This document shows, piece by piece, positions 9,064 to 18,689 of a DNA stretch of 35,687 bases. A model generated the notes under the pieces. The model had not been told where the DNA came from, did no database searches, and was given only the letters and a program-made list of their open reading frames with translations. Each line of letters starts with the position of its first letter. Position 1 is the stretch's first letter. A program made the translations under genes and the position numbers. The stretch is from the IMG/VR virus record IMGVR_UViG_3300020045_013145, positions 1 through 35,687 of that record; one strand, 5' to 3'. The DNA comes from a virus. Lineage: Duplodnaviria > Caudoviricetes.

Positions 9064-9189
9064 TTACTTGCCTCGAAGCTTGCCGTTAGTTCTAAAATAC
9101 CATTGTGCGTCAGTCTCTGTTTCTCCACGCTCGTTTACGCGCTTTTGAAATGGAGTTTTAGTGCATGGAGCTTTAGTTTTGGATGTCAT
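9064..9189 (-). CDS. 41 aa basic protein (not in ORF track)
   Basis: ATGA overlap with upstream ORF; MTSKTKAPC...KLRGK. Confidence 0.5.
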   Translation of the reverse strand: MTSKTKAPCTKTPFQKRVNERGETETDAQWYFRTNGKLRGK

Positions 9190-9350
9190 TTCTTTTTCCC
9201 CTTAGATTGACTCTTTTTTTTAGTTTTATTGTATTCTGCATAAGCAATAGCCACAGCTTGCTTTGGTGGCTTCTTTCCCATTTTAACTTCTGTCTCTATG
9301 TTTTGTTTAAAACCTTTGCTCCCAGGCTTTGCATTTTTAATCAAAGGCAT
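9186..9350 (-). CDS. 54 aa basic conserved phage protein (not in ORF track)
   Basis: AAGGAG RBS; MPL.K...NI.TE...GK.PKQAVAIAY motif common in phages. Confidence 0.7.
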   Translation of the reverse strand: MPLIKNAKPGSKGFKQNIETEVKMGKKPPKQAVAIAYAEYNKTKKKSQSKGKKK

Positions 9351-9425
9351 TTAACACTCTCCTTTCTTTTTGCTATCTTTCTTGGGCTTTTTAGTTTCTT
9401 TGCGTTTGCTCATACCTTTTGCCAT
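9351..9425 (-). CDS. 24 aa Lys-rich peptide (not in ORF track)
   Basis: AGGAG RBS; MAKGMSKRKETKKPKKDSKKKKEC. Confidence 0.5.
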   Translation of the reverse strand: MAKGMSKRKETKKPKKDSKKKGEC

Positions 9426-9433
9426 GATATCTC

Positions 9434-9682
9434 CTATTTAACTACAATTTTATTAATTAATTGCTCTTTTAATGCAATATCCTCTACAGCTACTGGCTGC
9501 GCTATTTTCAATAAAAACTTAATAGCTTCTTGCTGCGGATTGGCTGAAAATTTTTGCCCATCATAATCGCTGCCCATTTCAATATCTTCATCAGATTCTA
9601 CCCATATATCCCGATGAGAGACCACATCCATTGGATCAGAATACTTAGCAGCAACTCTTCCTGATCTAATTAAATAATACAT
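9434..9682 (-). CDS. tail fibre assembly/chaperone-like protein
   Basis: Immediately after tail fibre; W.E....G..YDG.KF motif. Confidence 0.6.
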   Translation of the reverse strand: MYYLIRSGRVAAKYSDPMDVVSHRDIWVESDEDIEMGSDYDGQKFSANPQQEAIKFLLKIAQPVAVEDIALKEQLINKIVVK

Positions 9683-9691
9683 GCTTACCCC

Positions 9692-11542
9692 TTATGAGAA
9701 TTCATGAATAATAATAATACCAGCACCACCTGTGCCGCCGTTTGCGCTAGAGGCCGATCCTAGCCCAGCAGCTCCTCCGCCCCCTCCACCAATTGTACCG
9801 CTAACGCCAGCCTGCACTGTAGAGGTTGTTACATAAGCATCAGTTCCGCCACCTGAAAAATGAGAGTTACCACCCCATCCGCTTTGAGCTATATTTCCTG
9901 AAACATTTGAACATATCCCAAAGCCACCTGAGCCACCATCGGTTATGATTGTGCCACCTGTTGCACCATTACCTTCACCCCCAAAACCGCCAATACTACC
10001 AGCTGTTAAAACTCCACCAGCTCCACCACCAGCGCCGCCTATTGCTGTCATGGTATATGTACCATCAGCGTATGAAGTTGTACCACCAGCGGAACCTGCT
10101 GCGTTGCCAGTACCGCCTGCGCCACCAGCAGGCACTGTATATGTTGCAGAATAACCTCCGGTCACGCCAGTTATATAACGCATACAATATCCGCCAGCGC
10201 CGCCACCGCCGCCTGCCGCAAAATTGCTTACGCCAGGTGATACTCCGCCACCGCCGCCGCCAGCGCCCATAAGCTCAACAATAATTGAAGTTGTGCCAGT
10301 GGTTGGGGTATACGTTGCTCCAGTACCACTTGTTAGAAATTGCACGCCAATCAAATTGCCTTTAGTTGTAAGAGCCAAAGTTCCAGACCCAGTTACAGGC
10401 GAGCCAGATACCGATCCAGCCGCAGATGGGCTTATGCTTAATCCAACGCTAGTAACAGTGCCGCTACCAGGAGCTATGGCTACTGCGCTTTGTAATTGCC
10501 ATGATGGGCCAGCAGAGTCATATATAACAGTGACTATTTGCCCTGCTTCTATGTCGCCAGTAGACAATGCTTGATCGTGAAATTTCAATATCGCAACTGC
10601 GCCTAAGCTGTTTACGTTAAGAGTAGCGCCAGTGGTGTTGGCAGTGTTGGCTTTGAATCTAACCTCCATACCATCTGTATAAGCAGCTGGGGCTGGCGAT
10701 AAAGTAATTGCGTAAGCATCTGTAACTTGGGCGTCAACTCCATAAATAGGAGAGCCGTCTTGAAGCACAACATATGGATTGTCTGACGCTTGAGCTAGCT
10801 GAGATTGCATTTGAAATTTAGGGCCGGTGCTATTATAGACAACGGTAAATATTTGATTAGCTTCAATGTCGCCTGTAGCTAAAGCTTGATCATTAAGCTT
10901 ATTAATAGCAATTGCACCAAGACCATTGACGTTTAATGTAGCAGCCCCAGTATTTGCAACGTCGGCCTTAATATTAAATGTCATACCGTCAACATAGCCA
11001 GTAGGAGCCGGACTAAGTGTTATTGCATATGTATCTGTTCCGCCGCTAGATGCCCCATATATTGGCGAGCCATCCTGCAAAACCACATCATCAGGAATCA
11101 CACCACTAGCTGGAATAGCTGAATTATTAGGGCTTAAAATAGATAAATAAGCAGAGCTAAAGCTGTTGGTTAATGATCCAGAATCAACTGTAACAGTTAT
11201 ATTAATTAAAGAGCCTGACAGAGACGCCTCAGAAATAGTGGCATACATAGTGCTAGTGTCATATAACTTTAAACGTCTATTTGCAACAAAATTAGCAACC
11301 ACCGAAGTGGTGGCAGAATTCGTACCAATGTTCATTTCAAACTTATTGCCAGCAATGCGTGTGCAAGTATAACCCCAGTTAAACCACTGCGCGTCTTGCA
11401 TTTGAATACGTAAGGCAGCCATCATTTGTCTAGCGCAATCATTAACTGTGCTTGGAGCTTGACCTTCAGGCCAATATATAGGTGGTGAGCCACGTGTTCC
11501 ATTTTGCGCTGGAACTATTGACCACACAGAAATTTCTGACAT
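9692..11542 (-). CDS. tail fibre: N-terminal anchor, two ~95 aa repeats (105 aa period), glycine-rich C-terminal domain
   Basis: W.EG.APS.VND.AR.MMA anchor; VVLQDGSPIYG...YAITLSPAP...ATLNVN.LGA repeats at about 10802-11086 and 10487-10771; GAGGGGG-rich tip. Confidence 0.85.
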   Translation of the reverse strand: MSEISVWSIVPAQNGTRGSPPIYWPEGQAPSTVNDCARQMMAALRIQMQDAQWFNWGYTCTRIAGNKFEMNIGTNSATTSVVANFVANRRLKLYDTSTMYATISEASLSGSLINITVTVDSGSLTNSFSSAYLSILSPNNSAIPASGVIPDDVVLQDGSPIYGASSGGTDTYAITLSPAPTGYVDGMTFNIKADVANTGAATLNVNGLGAIAINKLNDQALATGDIEANQIFTVVYNSTGPKFQMQSQLAQASDNPYVVLQDGSPIYGVDAQVTDAYAITLSPAPAAYTDGMEVRFKANTANTTGATLNVNSLGAVAILKFHDQALSTGDIEAGQIVTVIYDSAGPSWQLQSAVAIAPGSGTVTSVGLSISPSAAGSVSGSPVTGSGTLALTTKGNLIGVQFLTSGTGATYTPTTGTTSIIVELMGAGGGGGGVSPGVSNFAAGGGGGAGGYCMRYITGVTGGYSATYTVPAGGAGGTGNAAGSAGGTTSYADGTYTMTAIGGAGGGAGGVLTAGSIGGFGGEGNGATGGTIITDGGSGGFGICSNVSGNIAQSGWGGNSHFSGGGTDAYVTTSTVQAGVSGTIGGGGGGAAGLGSASSANGGTGGAGIIIIHEFS

Positions 11543-11584
11543 TTGACACGCCTCCGTGCATTGTTAATACAAAATCAATAAAAA

Positions 11585-12853
11585 CTATTCGCTGTAATTA
11601 TCAAAAGCTTTTTTGCCACCTAATGCAGTAGCGCCAAGTATTGAACCCCATTTAGCAGTTTTATTAATTAAATCTCTATAAACCGCATCTGGAACAATTT
11701 TCTTTAAGGTAGCTCGTCCAGTTTTAGATTTAACTATATCTTTTACAAAATCTTCATCAGTAAGTAATTTTGCATCATACCTTCTTAAAAGACTGCTATA
11801 TTTTGGACCAACTACATTGTTAGCCCAAAACTCATTAGCATCTACATATTTTGCAACAGCTGCCTTTCCACCTGCTTTTTCAAGCTGGCTTTTAATGCTG
11901 TCTTCTATCTGCTTTCTAATAGCCAAGCCACTTTTATATATTAAATTACCTTCACTAGTTTTTGAGCCAGGAGGTAATTTTTTATAATTGTTAGTCCAAT
12001 TCCATAAATCAGATGATAATTTTTTAGCATTATCTAATGTTGGGCTGCCAAGATATCTATTAAAAGCTTCCGCGTAATCTTCGTTTGCTGCAAATTTTCG
12101 CAAAGATTTTAAATTTTGTTTTCCTAAATTAATAGGATTTACAGTTCCTAGGCCTTTATCAATTGCTGGCTTAAATGCTTGCGTATATTTATCAGAGCCT
12201 TTTTGAGTTACAGCAGTAACAGCGCGTCTAGCCTCTTGAGCAATTCGTGGGTATGCTAATCTAGCTGGATCTGTAATAGCCCTTACTACAGGTCCCGCAT
12301 GCTTGCCAACTCCTCTAGCCAAAGCCCCCAAGCCACTACCAGCCAATCCAACTAATGGGGCTGCAACTGCGCCACCTATAGCAGGCATAGCCACATCACC
12401 GAAGGTCTTATCACGCCCCTCAACCTTCTGAGCCAAGCCAAAACCTGCACCACCTAAACCACCCCCAATCATAGGGTTACCAGTAAGAGCAGCGCCTCCA
12501 ACATAAAATGGTAAAGATGCCATAAAGTTACCAACGCTCTCGCCTCTTCGCGTAGCATCAGGAGCTATAAGCTCTGCTTCTTTGGCGGCAGCTCTAGCAT
12601 TTTCAACATGAGGCCCAAAACCAAATGTATTTGCAAAAGCACGGTTAGCTCCAGATATTCCAGTTTTAGCGTAAACGTCAGCCATTTGATTTTTAAATGC
12701 TTCTGGATCTCCAGCTATATTCCAGCTTTTAGGACGACGACGCATTAGTTCGTTTAAAGCTTCAGTTTTAGACAATTCTAAAGGCGCTTCTACTACGCTA
12801 TCTGTTGAAACACCGCGTCTTTGTAATTCTGCTAAGGCTGCTTCTCGATCCAT
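11585..12853 (-). CDS. internal virion / DNA ejection protein
   Basis: Position before tail fibre; Gly/Ala-rich hydrophobic segments. Confidence 0.65.
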   Translation of the reverse strand: MDREAALAELQRRGVSTDSVVEAPLELSKTEALNELMRRRPKSWNIAGDPEAFKNQMADVYAKTGISGANRAFANTFGFGPHVENARAAAKEAELIAPDATRRGESVGNFMASLPFYVGGAALTGNPMIGGGLGGAGFGLAQKVEGRDKTFGDVAMPAIGGAVAAPLVGLAGSGLGALARGVGKHAGPVVRAITDPARLAYPRIAQEARRAVTAVTQKGSDKYTQAFKPAIDKGLGTVNPINLGKQNLKSLRKFAANEDYAEAFNRYLGSPTLDNAKKLSSDLWNWTNNYKKLPPGSKTSEGNLIYKSGLAIRKQIEDSIKSQLEKAGGKAAVAKYVDANEFWANNVVGPKYSSLLRRYDAKLLTDEDFVKDIVKSKTGRATLKKIVPDAVYRDLINKTAKWGSILGATALGGKKAFDNYSE

Positions 12854-13747
12854 TTATTTGCCTCGGTTAACAATTGCCCATAATTCTTCATCTGTATATT
12901 CTTTAGCATTTTTATTTTTTGTAATAGATGCTTTTGGTTTTGATTTTCTTTCAACTGGCCTTACTGGCTTTACCACACTAGATGCATAACTGCGCTTGCT
13001 CTCTAAGTCTTCAATTATGCCGTCAATGCGCTCGTTATATTGCTCTTGGGTCTCACCAGGGGCCTTAGATAAAACATCAACCGCTGCCTTGATAGAAGAA
13101 TCAGTAATATTAGTTTGTTTAGCTGATAGATAATCTTTAGCGATATCTTTAATTGCTTTTCTAGCTACACCTGTTTTTGTTGGATTAGTAAGCGATGATA
13201 AAAGACTGCCACCAGGGATTGGCTTAATATCTGGTTGATCAAGTTCTTTTAATCTCTCTAATGCCGGAATAGCTGCGTCAATAGAGCGCAACTGCTCTTG
13301 AGTGTTGGTGATGGTAGATGTAGTAGGAACTAATGTTGGATCTTGTTCGGTTGCAACTCGCGCAGCAGCTTCCGGCCCACCTAAACCATAAGCTAAAAGC
13401 AATCTTTGTTTTTGCTCGGAAGATAATTTACTAGATAATGATGATCCTTCACCACCACTGTCGCCATCGCCAAGCAATGAAGAAACTAGACGATTTTGTA
13501 ATTGTTTAAGCTTAGCTTTTTCTCTCCAATCGCCAGCTTCAGCTCTTTTCAAACCAAACTCTTCCATATTTTTAAGACCAGTGCCAAAGCCTTCAGAAAA
13601 AGATGATGACCCTAATAAACCAGATGCCAAGCCAGCAGCCTCTGGCGAAGATAAAAAAGCCATTACCTTATCTTTAGTAAATTCTTCACCTAACGAATTT
13701 AATAAACCAGCTCCGCTTTCTTGAAAACTATTTAACAATCCAGCCAT
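12854..13747 (-). CDS. internal virion / DNA ejection protein
   Basis: Position; MAGLL start, GLASGLL segment, helical. Confidence 0.6.
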   Translation of the reverse strand: MAGLLNSFQESGAGLLNSLGEEFTKDKVMAFLSSPEAAGLASGLLGSSSFSEGFGTGLKNMEEFGLKRAEAGDWREKAKLKQLQNRLVSSLLGDGDSGGEGSSLSSKLSSEQKQRLLLAYGLGGPEAAARVATEQDPTLVPTTSTITNTQEQLRSIDAAIPALERLKELDQPDIKPIPGGSLLSSLTNPTKTGVARKAIKDIAKDYLSAKQTNITDSSIKAAVDVLSKAPGETQEQYNERIDGIIEDLESKRSYASSVVKPVRPVERKSKPKASITKNKNAKEYTDEELWAIVNRGK

Positions 13748-13936
13748 TTATGCATCCTCGCTTATAAGCTTCTTCACTTGCGCTACGCCGTCCTTAATCT
13801 TTTTTCTAACATGACTACAAAAGCTACAACCAGTTTTTCTATATACAACTGGCGCTATGGGTTCTTTAGCAAGCTTATTAGCAGCCTCAATAGCAGCTTT
13901 CTCTCTAATCTTTTTAACTTGATCGACTCTATTCAA
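13748..13936 (-). CDS. small basic CxxC protein
   Basis: Abuts both neighbours; CSFC. Confidence 0.55.
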   Translation of the reverse strand: MNRVDQVKKIREKAAIEAANKLAKEPIAPVVYRKTGCSFCSHVRKKIKDGVAQVKKLISEDA

Positions 13937-14386
13937 TTAAAGTCCACTTCTGTTCATGCCGTCCATACCGTACATGCTGCTCATATCGCCCATAGGAGAT
14001 GGTTGCATCATACCGCCAGCTTGACCTCCCATGCCGCCTTGACTCATAAGCTGTTTTAATAACTGCTGAATTAAGTTCTGACGCAAATTACTATTAGTAT
14101 TCATCTGTGGTGCAGTTTGACCAAATCCAAAACCTTGCAAATCTTCTGGCAAATTAGGAAGACCAGGAGGTACGCCAGCAAAATCTGTTGGATATGGATT
14201 CTCTGGACTCTGAGACATAGTTGACGGGAATCCTTGCATTTCTTGCATTCCCTGCCCTGGCATACCGCTTAAATATTCCGAGCCAGGAATCATTCTTGTA
14301 AATGGATTAGCTTGCATTTGCTGATATTGTGCAAAAGGATTTTCCTGCATAGCGCCACCACCGAATATCGAATCTAACATTCCCAT
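13937..14386 (-). CDS. Met/Gln/Gly/Pro-rich low-complexity virion protein
   Basis: RBS AAGGA; located in ejection cluster. Confidence 0.6.
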   Translation of the reverse strand: MGMLDSIFGGGAMQENPFAQYQQMQANPFTRMIPGSEYLSGMPGQGMQEMQGFPSTMSQSPENPYPTDFAGVPPGLPNLPEDLQGFGFGQTAPQMNTNSNLRQNLIQQLLKQLMSQGGMGGQAGGMMQPSPMGDMSSMYGMDGMNRSGL

Positions 14387-14396
14387 AATTTAATCC

Positions 14397-15161
14397 TTAT
14401 AAAAATCCGCCACCAGCCGCACCCAAAAGACCACCAATAATTGCAGCCTCTGGACCAAAAGTTGCACCTAATTTAGCGCCACCTAAACCACCGCCTAATA
14501 TTCCAGACAATCTTGATTCAGACTTCCCAAATTTTTTCTCGGTTTCGGTATTGCCATAATTGCCAGTAATAATACCCATATATTGACGCAATCTATCCCA
14601 TGGCTCCATCTGCGCATATTCATGTCGCATCATAGCTTCGTCAATAGCTTTTTGCTCCATATCACGCTTGGTTTCGCCAACACCAGCTAACTTGGCAATA
14701 TCTTCATATTCTTGAGGGCCTAATTGCATCAACTTTTCAGCGGCATTTTCTTTAAGTTTAGATAGTTCACGCATTATCAATTCTTGCTCTGCGCCTCTGG
14801 CCAAAGAGCTTGCGCCCATGCCAGCACGATTAAATTGACTTTGTAACGACGGTAATAACTCCCCAACTCGTGGGGCAAGCATAGATTGCATGGCCTCAGG
14901 GCTGCCACTTAATATGCCCATGTAATAATCTCTAGCGGCTTTGGTTGCTGGGGATCCACTTCTTGCGCGTTGTTCCCCTAAGCTTAAAGCCTCTTGCTCA
15001 ATAGGGTTAAACCCAGCATAGGTTTGACCGGAATAGAAAGGTCTCATGGTACTATGAAGACCAGAAGCATTGGCAAAACCACCAGTCAAATAGCCCTGTT
15101 GAGCTGGCCATGGATCAGTCGTCGTTACGTTTACTTGCGGAGAGCTTTTCTTCTTGCCCAT
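14397..15161 (-). CDS. DNA ejection (pilot) protein, P22 gp7-like position
   Basis: PW..QQ.YL, Y.GQT.A.F, PW..L..Y, C-terminal GGxxGG hydrophobic tail. Confidence 0.7.
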   Translation of the reverse strand: MGKKKSSPQVNVTTTDPWPAQQGYLTGGFANASGLHSTMRPFYSGQTYAGFNPIEQEALSLGEQRARSGSPATKAARDYYMGILSGSPEAMQSMLAPRVGELLPSLQSQFNRAGMGASSLARGAEQELIMRELSKLKENAAEKLMQLGPQEYEDIAKLAGVGETKRDMEQKAIDEAMMRHEYAQMEPWDRLRQYMGIITGNYGNTETEKKFGKSESRLSGILGGGLGGAKLGATFGPEAAIIGGLLGAAGGGFL

Positions 15162-15186
15162 GATAATCCTTTAGTTTGCAATTACA

Positions 15187-15606
15187 CTAGTTTACGTCAA
15201 TACTCATAACAATGTAAGATTTTTTAAAACCCATATTCTCTAAAAGCTTTTCTAAACCAAATCTTCCACCACATTCTATATCTTTCGCCCCAATCTGTCT
15301 GGCATATTCCATAAACTCTGGGAATAACGGCTTAACATCTTCAAAATTATCAGCCGATAATAGAAATATATGCAAAGTTCTCTTTTGCGGCTGCTCAACA
15401 ATTTGAGTGGTCATAGCTCCAAATGCCCTTTTCTTTTTCTCATTATAGAACATCCAAAGAGTTATCTCACCAATCTTCAAAAGATGCCAAACATCTTGAA
15501 CCGTGTACTCTGGCGTCAAAACTAAAGCTTTTTCAATATATGGCATTGCGTCTGGCCATGCCAAATTAAGATTGTCTTTATCAATTTTAATTAATCTAGC
15601 ACTCAT
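15187..15606 (-). CDS. GNAT-fold virion assembly protein (P22 gp14 / T7 gp13-like position)
   Basis: LW...A.TT.I...P..R.LHI....A...GA..IE..GR.G..K.L...GF. Confidence 0.65.
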   Translation of the reverse strand: MSARLIKIDKDNLNLAWPDAMPYIEKALVLTPEYTVQDVWHLLKIGEITLWMFYNEKKKRAFGAMTTQIVEQPQKRTLHIFLLSADNFEDVKPLFPEFMEYARQIGAKDIECGGRFGLEKLLENMGFKKSYIVMSIDVN

Positions 15607-15974
15607 CCTATTAATACATATGCAAATGTTTTGTCAGTATTAGCATCAGAGGTATGTGTTAAACCCAAGACAGAATTAGCAACATCACGGCTAGACATAA
15701 ACATAGCCCCATCATGAGCCACGGCTGATGCATTAGCAGTTAGTGGAAAGTAAATAAATACGGTATTTTGCCCTACCATTCCATTTGCAAATTTAACCTC
15801 AGTTGAAACTGTTGATGCTGCCAAAGTAAATGTGCCCGTGGAATTTAACTTTCCATTTAAATTATTATTAATGGCATTTTTAGCTTTGAGAGTCCATTCG
15901 TCAATGTTTGCACCGTTAAAGACTGGAACTCCATTAAAAGGTATTGTGGTAAATATCGCAGTTTTAGTGGTCAT
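15603..15974 (-). CDS. tail/virion structural protein
   Basis: GK.N.TG.FTL, P.T.NA, TH...DKTF.Y..IG; follows nozzle gene. Confidence 0.6.
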   Translation of the reverse strand: MTTKTAIFTTIPFNGVPVFNGANIDEWTLKAKNAINNNLNGKLNSTGTFTLAASTVSTEVKFANGMVGQNTVFIYFPLTANASAVAHDGAMFMSSRDVANSVLGLTHTSDANTDKTFAYVLIG

Positions 15975-17527
15975 CGTCGCCCCACCACAGTTGACTGGAT
16001 AACGTCTATACCTTCGGCAATCTGAAATCCATTAGAAATCTTTACATAAGCTCTATGAAATCTTGAGTTTGAGCGTACATTGCCAAAGCCTGACGAGTTG
16101 ATAGTTGTAGTATTTGAAAAGCTTGCCGTAGATTGCTCGGTATCGCGCCCTGAGATTGCCACAACAATTGTACCTGTTCCTGCTGGATCATTAATAAACG
16201 GTCTCAACATCGAAATAGATGTACGATTTGGTGGATTTAGCTGATATTCGCCAGTTTCAAAATACGCATCATAATATAAGCCACTACTAAAAAATGCTAA
16301 TTCTAAATCTTCTGTTATAAGCCCTAATACTTTTTGCTGGCCAGCCCATACTGGAGAATCTAACGATATATCGTTTGGAGGTGGTACTGGCAACGAATCT
16401 ATATTGGTAGATACCGCATCTAGGCCATCTAGAGTATAACCTTGGGATAATGGGGAGGCTAAAATATAGTGATTAATATCGGTAGTGCCTGGGTTTGCAT
16501 CTGTAGTATTGGTTCTAAGAACTGACCATTTAGTTTTAGCATTCGGGCCATAGTTAAAAAATAATATAGTGTCTGAAATGCCAACTGGATCAGCATTTAC
16601 CGATGGATATGACCAGCAAATAATAAGCTCGTTAGGATAAATACAAGAGCTAATTCTATCTACATAATTTCTATCTAATGCAATAGGGCCATCTTCGGCG
16701 AAAAATGCTCTATCAATCTTGCCGTCTCCAATAGGGATACTTTGTCGCCCGTCGAATACAAAAAAGCCATCTTGGGCAATATAAGCAATGTTATCTCCAA
16801 TAGGCTGAATTCCACCAGGGGCATACGCACCTCTATCTTGCTCTAATAAATCAAATTGCCACACCAATGGGCTACCAATATATGACATGCGGCTTATGCA
16901 AAATTCTTGGAAAATAACCCCTTGGTCGCCCCCAACAATGCCCATAATCCAGCCGCCATTATTTACTAAATCTAAAAACCCAGCTTGCGTTGTGGCACTT
17001 GTAGCCCAAGAATTATTAACATTATAACCAGACCACTGCACTCGCTGCGGATAATAGCTAGAGCCATCAAGAATGTTTCCAAGCACTACAAAATTATCTA
17101 CGGTTGCAATATAACGAGCTTGTGGAGGTGATCCACCTAATGCAGAAAAAGCACCGCCGCCTAATGTTTTAACTTGAATTGGATCATTAAAATTAGTAGC
17201 TATAACCTCATTACCCCATTGAGTAAAATTCCAACGCTCTTCTGGGGCTGTAGTGTAAACTGCCCCTGACATATCCTGCCATGCAGCACCATCTAATTGA
17301 TAAATCTTATCTTCAGTGCCCACAAATACGTAAGTAGTACCAACAGCGGAAGGGTCTCGCGCTGTAAACATTCCTTGTGGACGATTATCAATAGGAGTAG
17401 TTGTGACGTCAGAAAATTGATTAATAGGAACATAACCAATTTCTTGTGGCAAAACTCCTTCAGCACGCGTTAAGCCATCATTTAGAAGAGGAGGGACGTC
17501 AGGCTTGTATTCACCAAATTCTAACAT
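15971..17527 (-). CDS. tail tubular/nozzle protein (P22 gp10 / T7 gp12-like)
   Basis: FGEY.PD, beta-rich, RVQWS, R..SRFHR at C-terminus; synteny. Confidence 0.8.
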   Translation of the reverse strand: MLEFGEYKPDVPPLLNDGLTRAEGVLPQEIGYVPINQFSDVTTTPIDNRPQGMFTARDPSAVGTTYVFVGTEDKIYQLDGAAWQDMSGAVYTTAPEERWNFTQWGNEVIATNFNDPIQVKTLGGGAFSALGGSPPQARYIATVDNFVVLGNILDGSSYYPQRVQWSGYNVNNSWATSATTQAGFLDLVNNGGWIMGIVGGDQGVIFQEFCISRMSYIGSPLVWQFDLLEQDRGAYAPGGIQPIGDNIAYIAQDGFFVFDGRQSIPIGDGKIDRAFFAEDGPIALDRNYVDRISSCIYPNELIICWSYPSVNADPVGISDTILFFNYGPNAKTKWSVLRTNTTDANPGTTDINHYILASPLSQGYTLDGLDAVSTNIDSLPVPPPNDISLDSPVWAGQQKVLGLITEDLELAFFSSGLYYDAYFETGEYQLNPPNRTSISMLRPFINDPAGTGTIVVAISGRDTEQSTASFSNTTTINSSGFGNVRSNSRFHRAYVKISNGFQIAEGIDVIQSTVVGRR

Positions 17528-17535
17528 GTTATCCT

Positions 17536-18438
17536 TTAAAAATTAGTAGCTCTAATTGCCCCGTGTACACTGTTAAAATTAGTAGTAATTTTACGACAAG
17601 TTTTTAACGCTTTGTCACGATTTTCTAAACACTTTGCGGCCATTATTGGATCTAAAATCACAGTATCATATAACTGATATTCTGCTTCTTGCTCAATTAA
17701 CTGTTCAGTTTCTGGATTGTTTGTAAAATCGTTAGAGTCGCTGCCAGCGGATAAGTCAGCATAGTATTTTTCATAGAAAACTTGGATAACGTATGTTTGA
17801 TCTGGTATAGGATAAAAATAAATGCTCGAATCAAACCAAGCATAATTAAGCGGTAAACCAGGATTATCATTAACATTACGCCTAATAACCAAATCAATTC
17901 CGGCCTCATCTAATTCGTAATAAGTTCCACCAATTTCCTGCAAATAAAAACCTGCCGCAGTACTATTGTATTTAATAGTATAAACTTGCCCAGCTGTTAA
18001 ATCTCCAGCTTGCAATGCAATCGCATTTGGACGCGTAATACTTACAGCACCCAAAGAAGATATATTTATCGTACTAGCCCCAGTGTTGGTTGCAGATGCC
18101 TTTATAAAATAACTATCGCCATCAGAATAGCTCGTTACCGCAGGTGATGGCGTTAACGTATAAGTATCAGCTACTCCACCAGTAGTTGTGATTGTGGGCG
18201 TTGATTGATTTACCCTCAAATAATCAACGATTCTAATATTGCTTGGTAAACCATCAGCAGTATCATAGCTCCATTGACCGTTGGCTGTTGTAAAGTTGGC
18301 ACTTGTGGATGAAAACCAAAACGGCATTGAAGCATATTTTCTAATAGCTCTATTTATTTCGCGCTGAATTTGACTGGTCAAGTCAGAGCGGTTTAAGTCG
18401 TCAGCAATCTTTGCTTGCATCTGCGCATATGTACTCAT
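17536..18438 (-). CDS. head-tail adaptor carrying an inserted tail-fibre-type domain
   Basis: TYA.M...IAD.L.R.DL...I..AI, G.P..Y....I.FYPIPD..Y; insertion at about aa 80-168. Confidence 0.75.
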   Translation of the reverse strand: MSTYAQMQAKIADDLNRSDLTSQIQREINRAIRKYASMPFWFSSTSANFTTANGQWSYDTADGLPSNIRIVDYLRVNQSTPTITTTGGVADTYTLTPSPAVTSYSDGDSYFIKASATNTGASTINISSLGAVSITRPNAIALQAGDLTAGQVYTIKYNSTAAGFYLQEIGGTYYELDEAGIDLVIRRNVNDNPGLPLNYAWFDSSIYFYPIPDQTYVIQVFYEKYYADLSAGSDSNDFTNNPETEQLIEQEAEYQLYDTVILDPIMAAKCLENRDKALKTCRKITTNFNSVHGAIRATNF

Positions 18439-18689
18439 TTTGCCTCACAAGTTTTATTTCTTATGTGCGATTTTAAACCTTTAACAGCCTTGAATTCTTT
18501 ATGGCATTTAGGACAATCTAACGGCGCTGTAGCTGACCCAACATCTTTCAACTCACTCTCAGGCTTAACAATGACTACGGGCGGCGCGTTTTTTGCAGCA
18601 GCCTCAGATTCTTTTAATAACTGATACTCTAAATTGCGCCTGGCCTGTAAATATCTATGCCGTGCTTGCAACATTCTGTTGTTTTGCAT
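18435..18689 (-). CDS. small protein with C-terminal zinc finger
   Basis: CPKC.K.F....GL..H....C. Confidence 0.6.
   Translation of the reverse strand: MQNNRMLQARHRYLQARRNLEYQLLKESEAAAKNAPPVVIVKPESELKDVGSATAPLDCPKCHKEFKAVKGLKSHIRNKTCEAK

Noticed and set aside
9945-10574. Pro-rich and Arg/His-rich + strand ORFs, and other antisense track ORFs
   Set aside because: Shadows of the Gly-rich fibre or of other well-supported opposite-strand genes
9692-11542. Diversity-generating retroelement target in the tail fibre
   Set aside because: No reverse transcriptase; the repeats are diverged in-frame domain duplications, not adenine-specific TR/VR pairs
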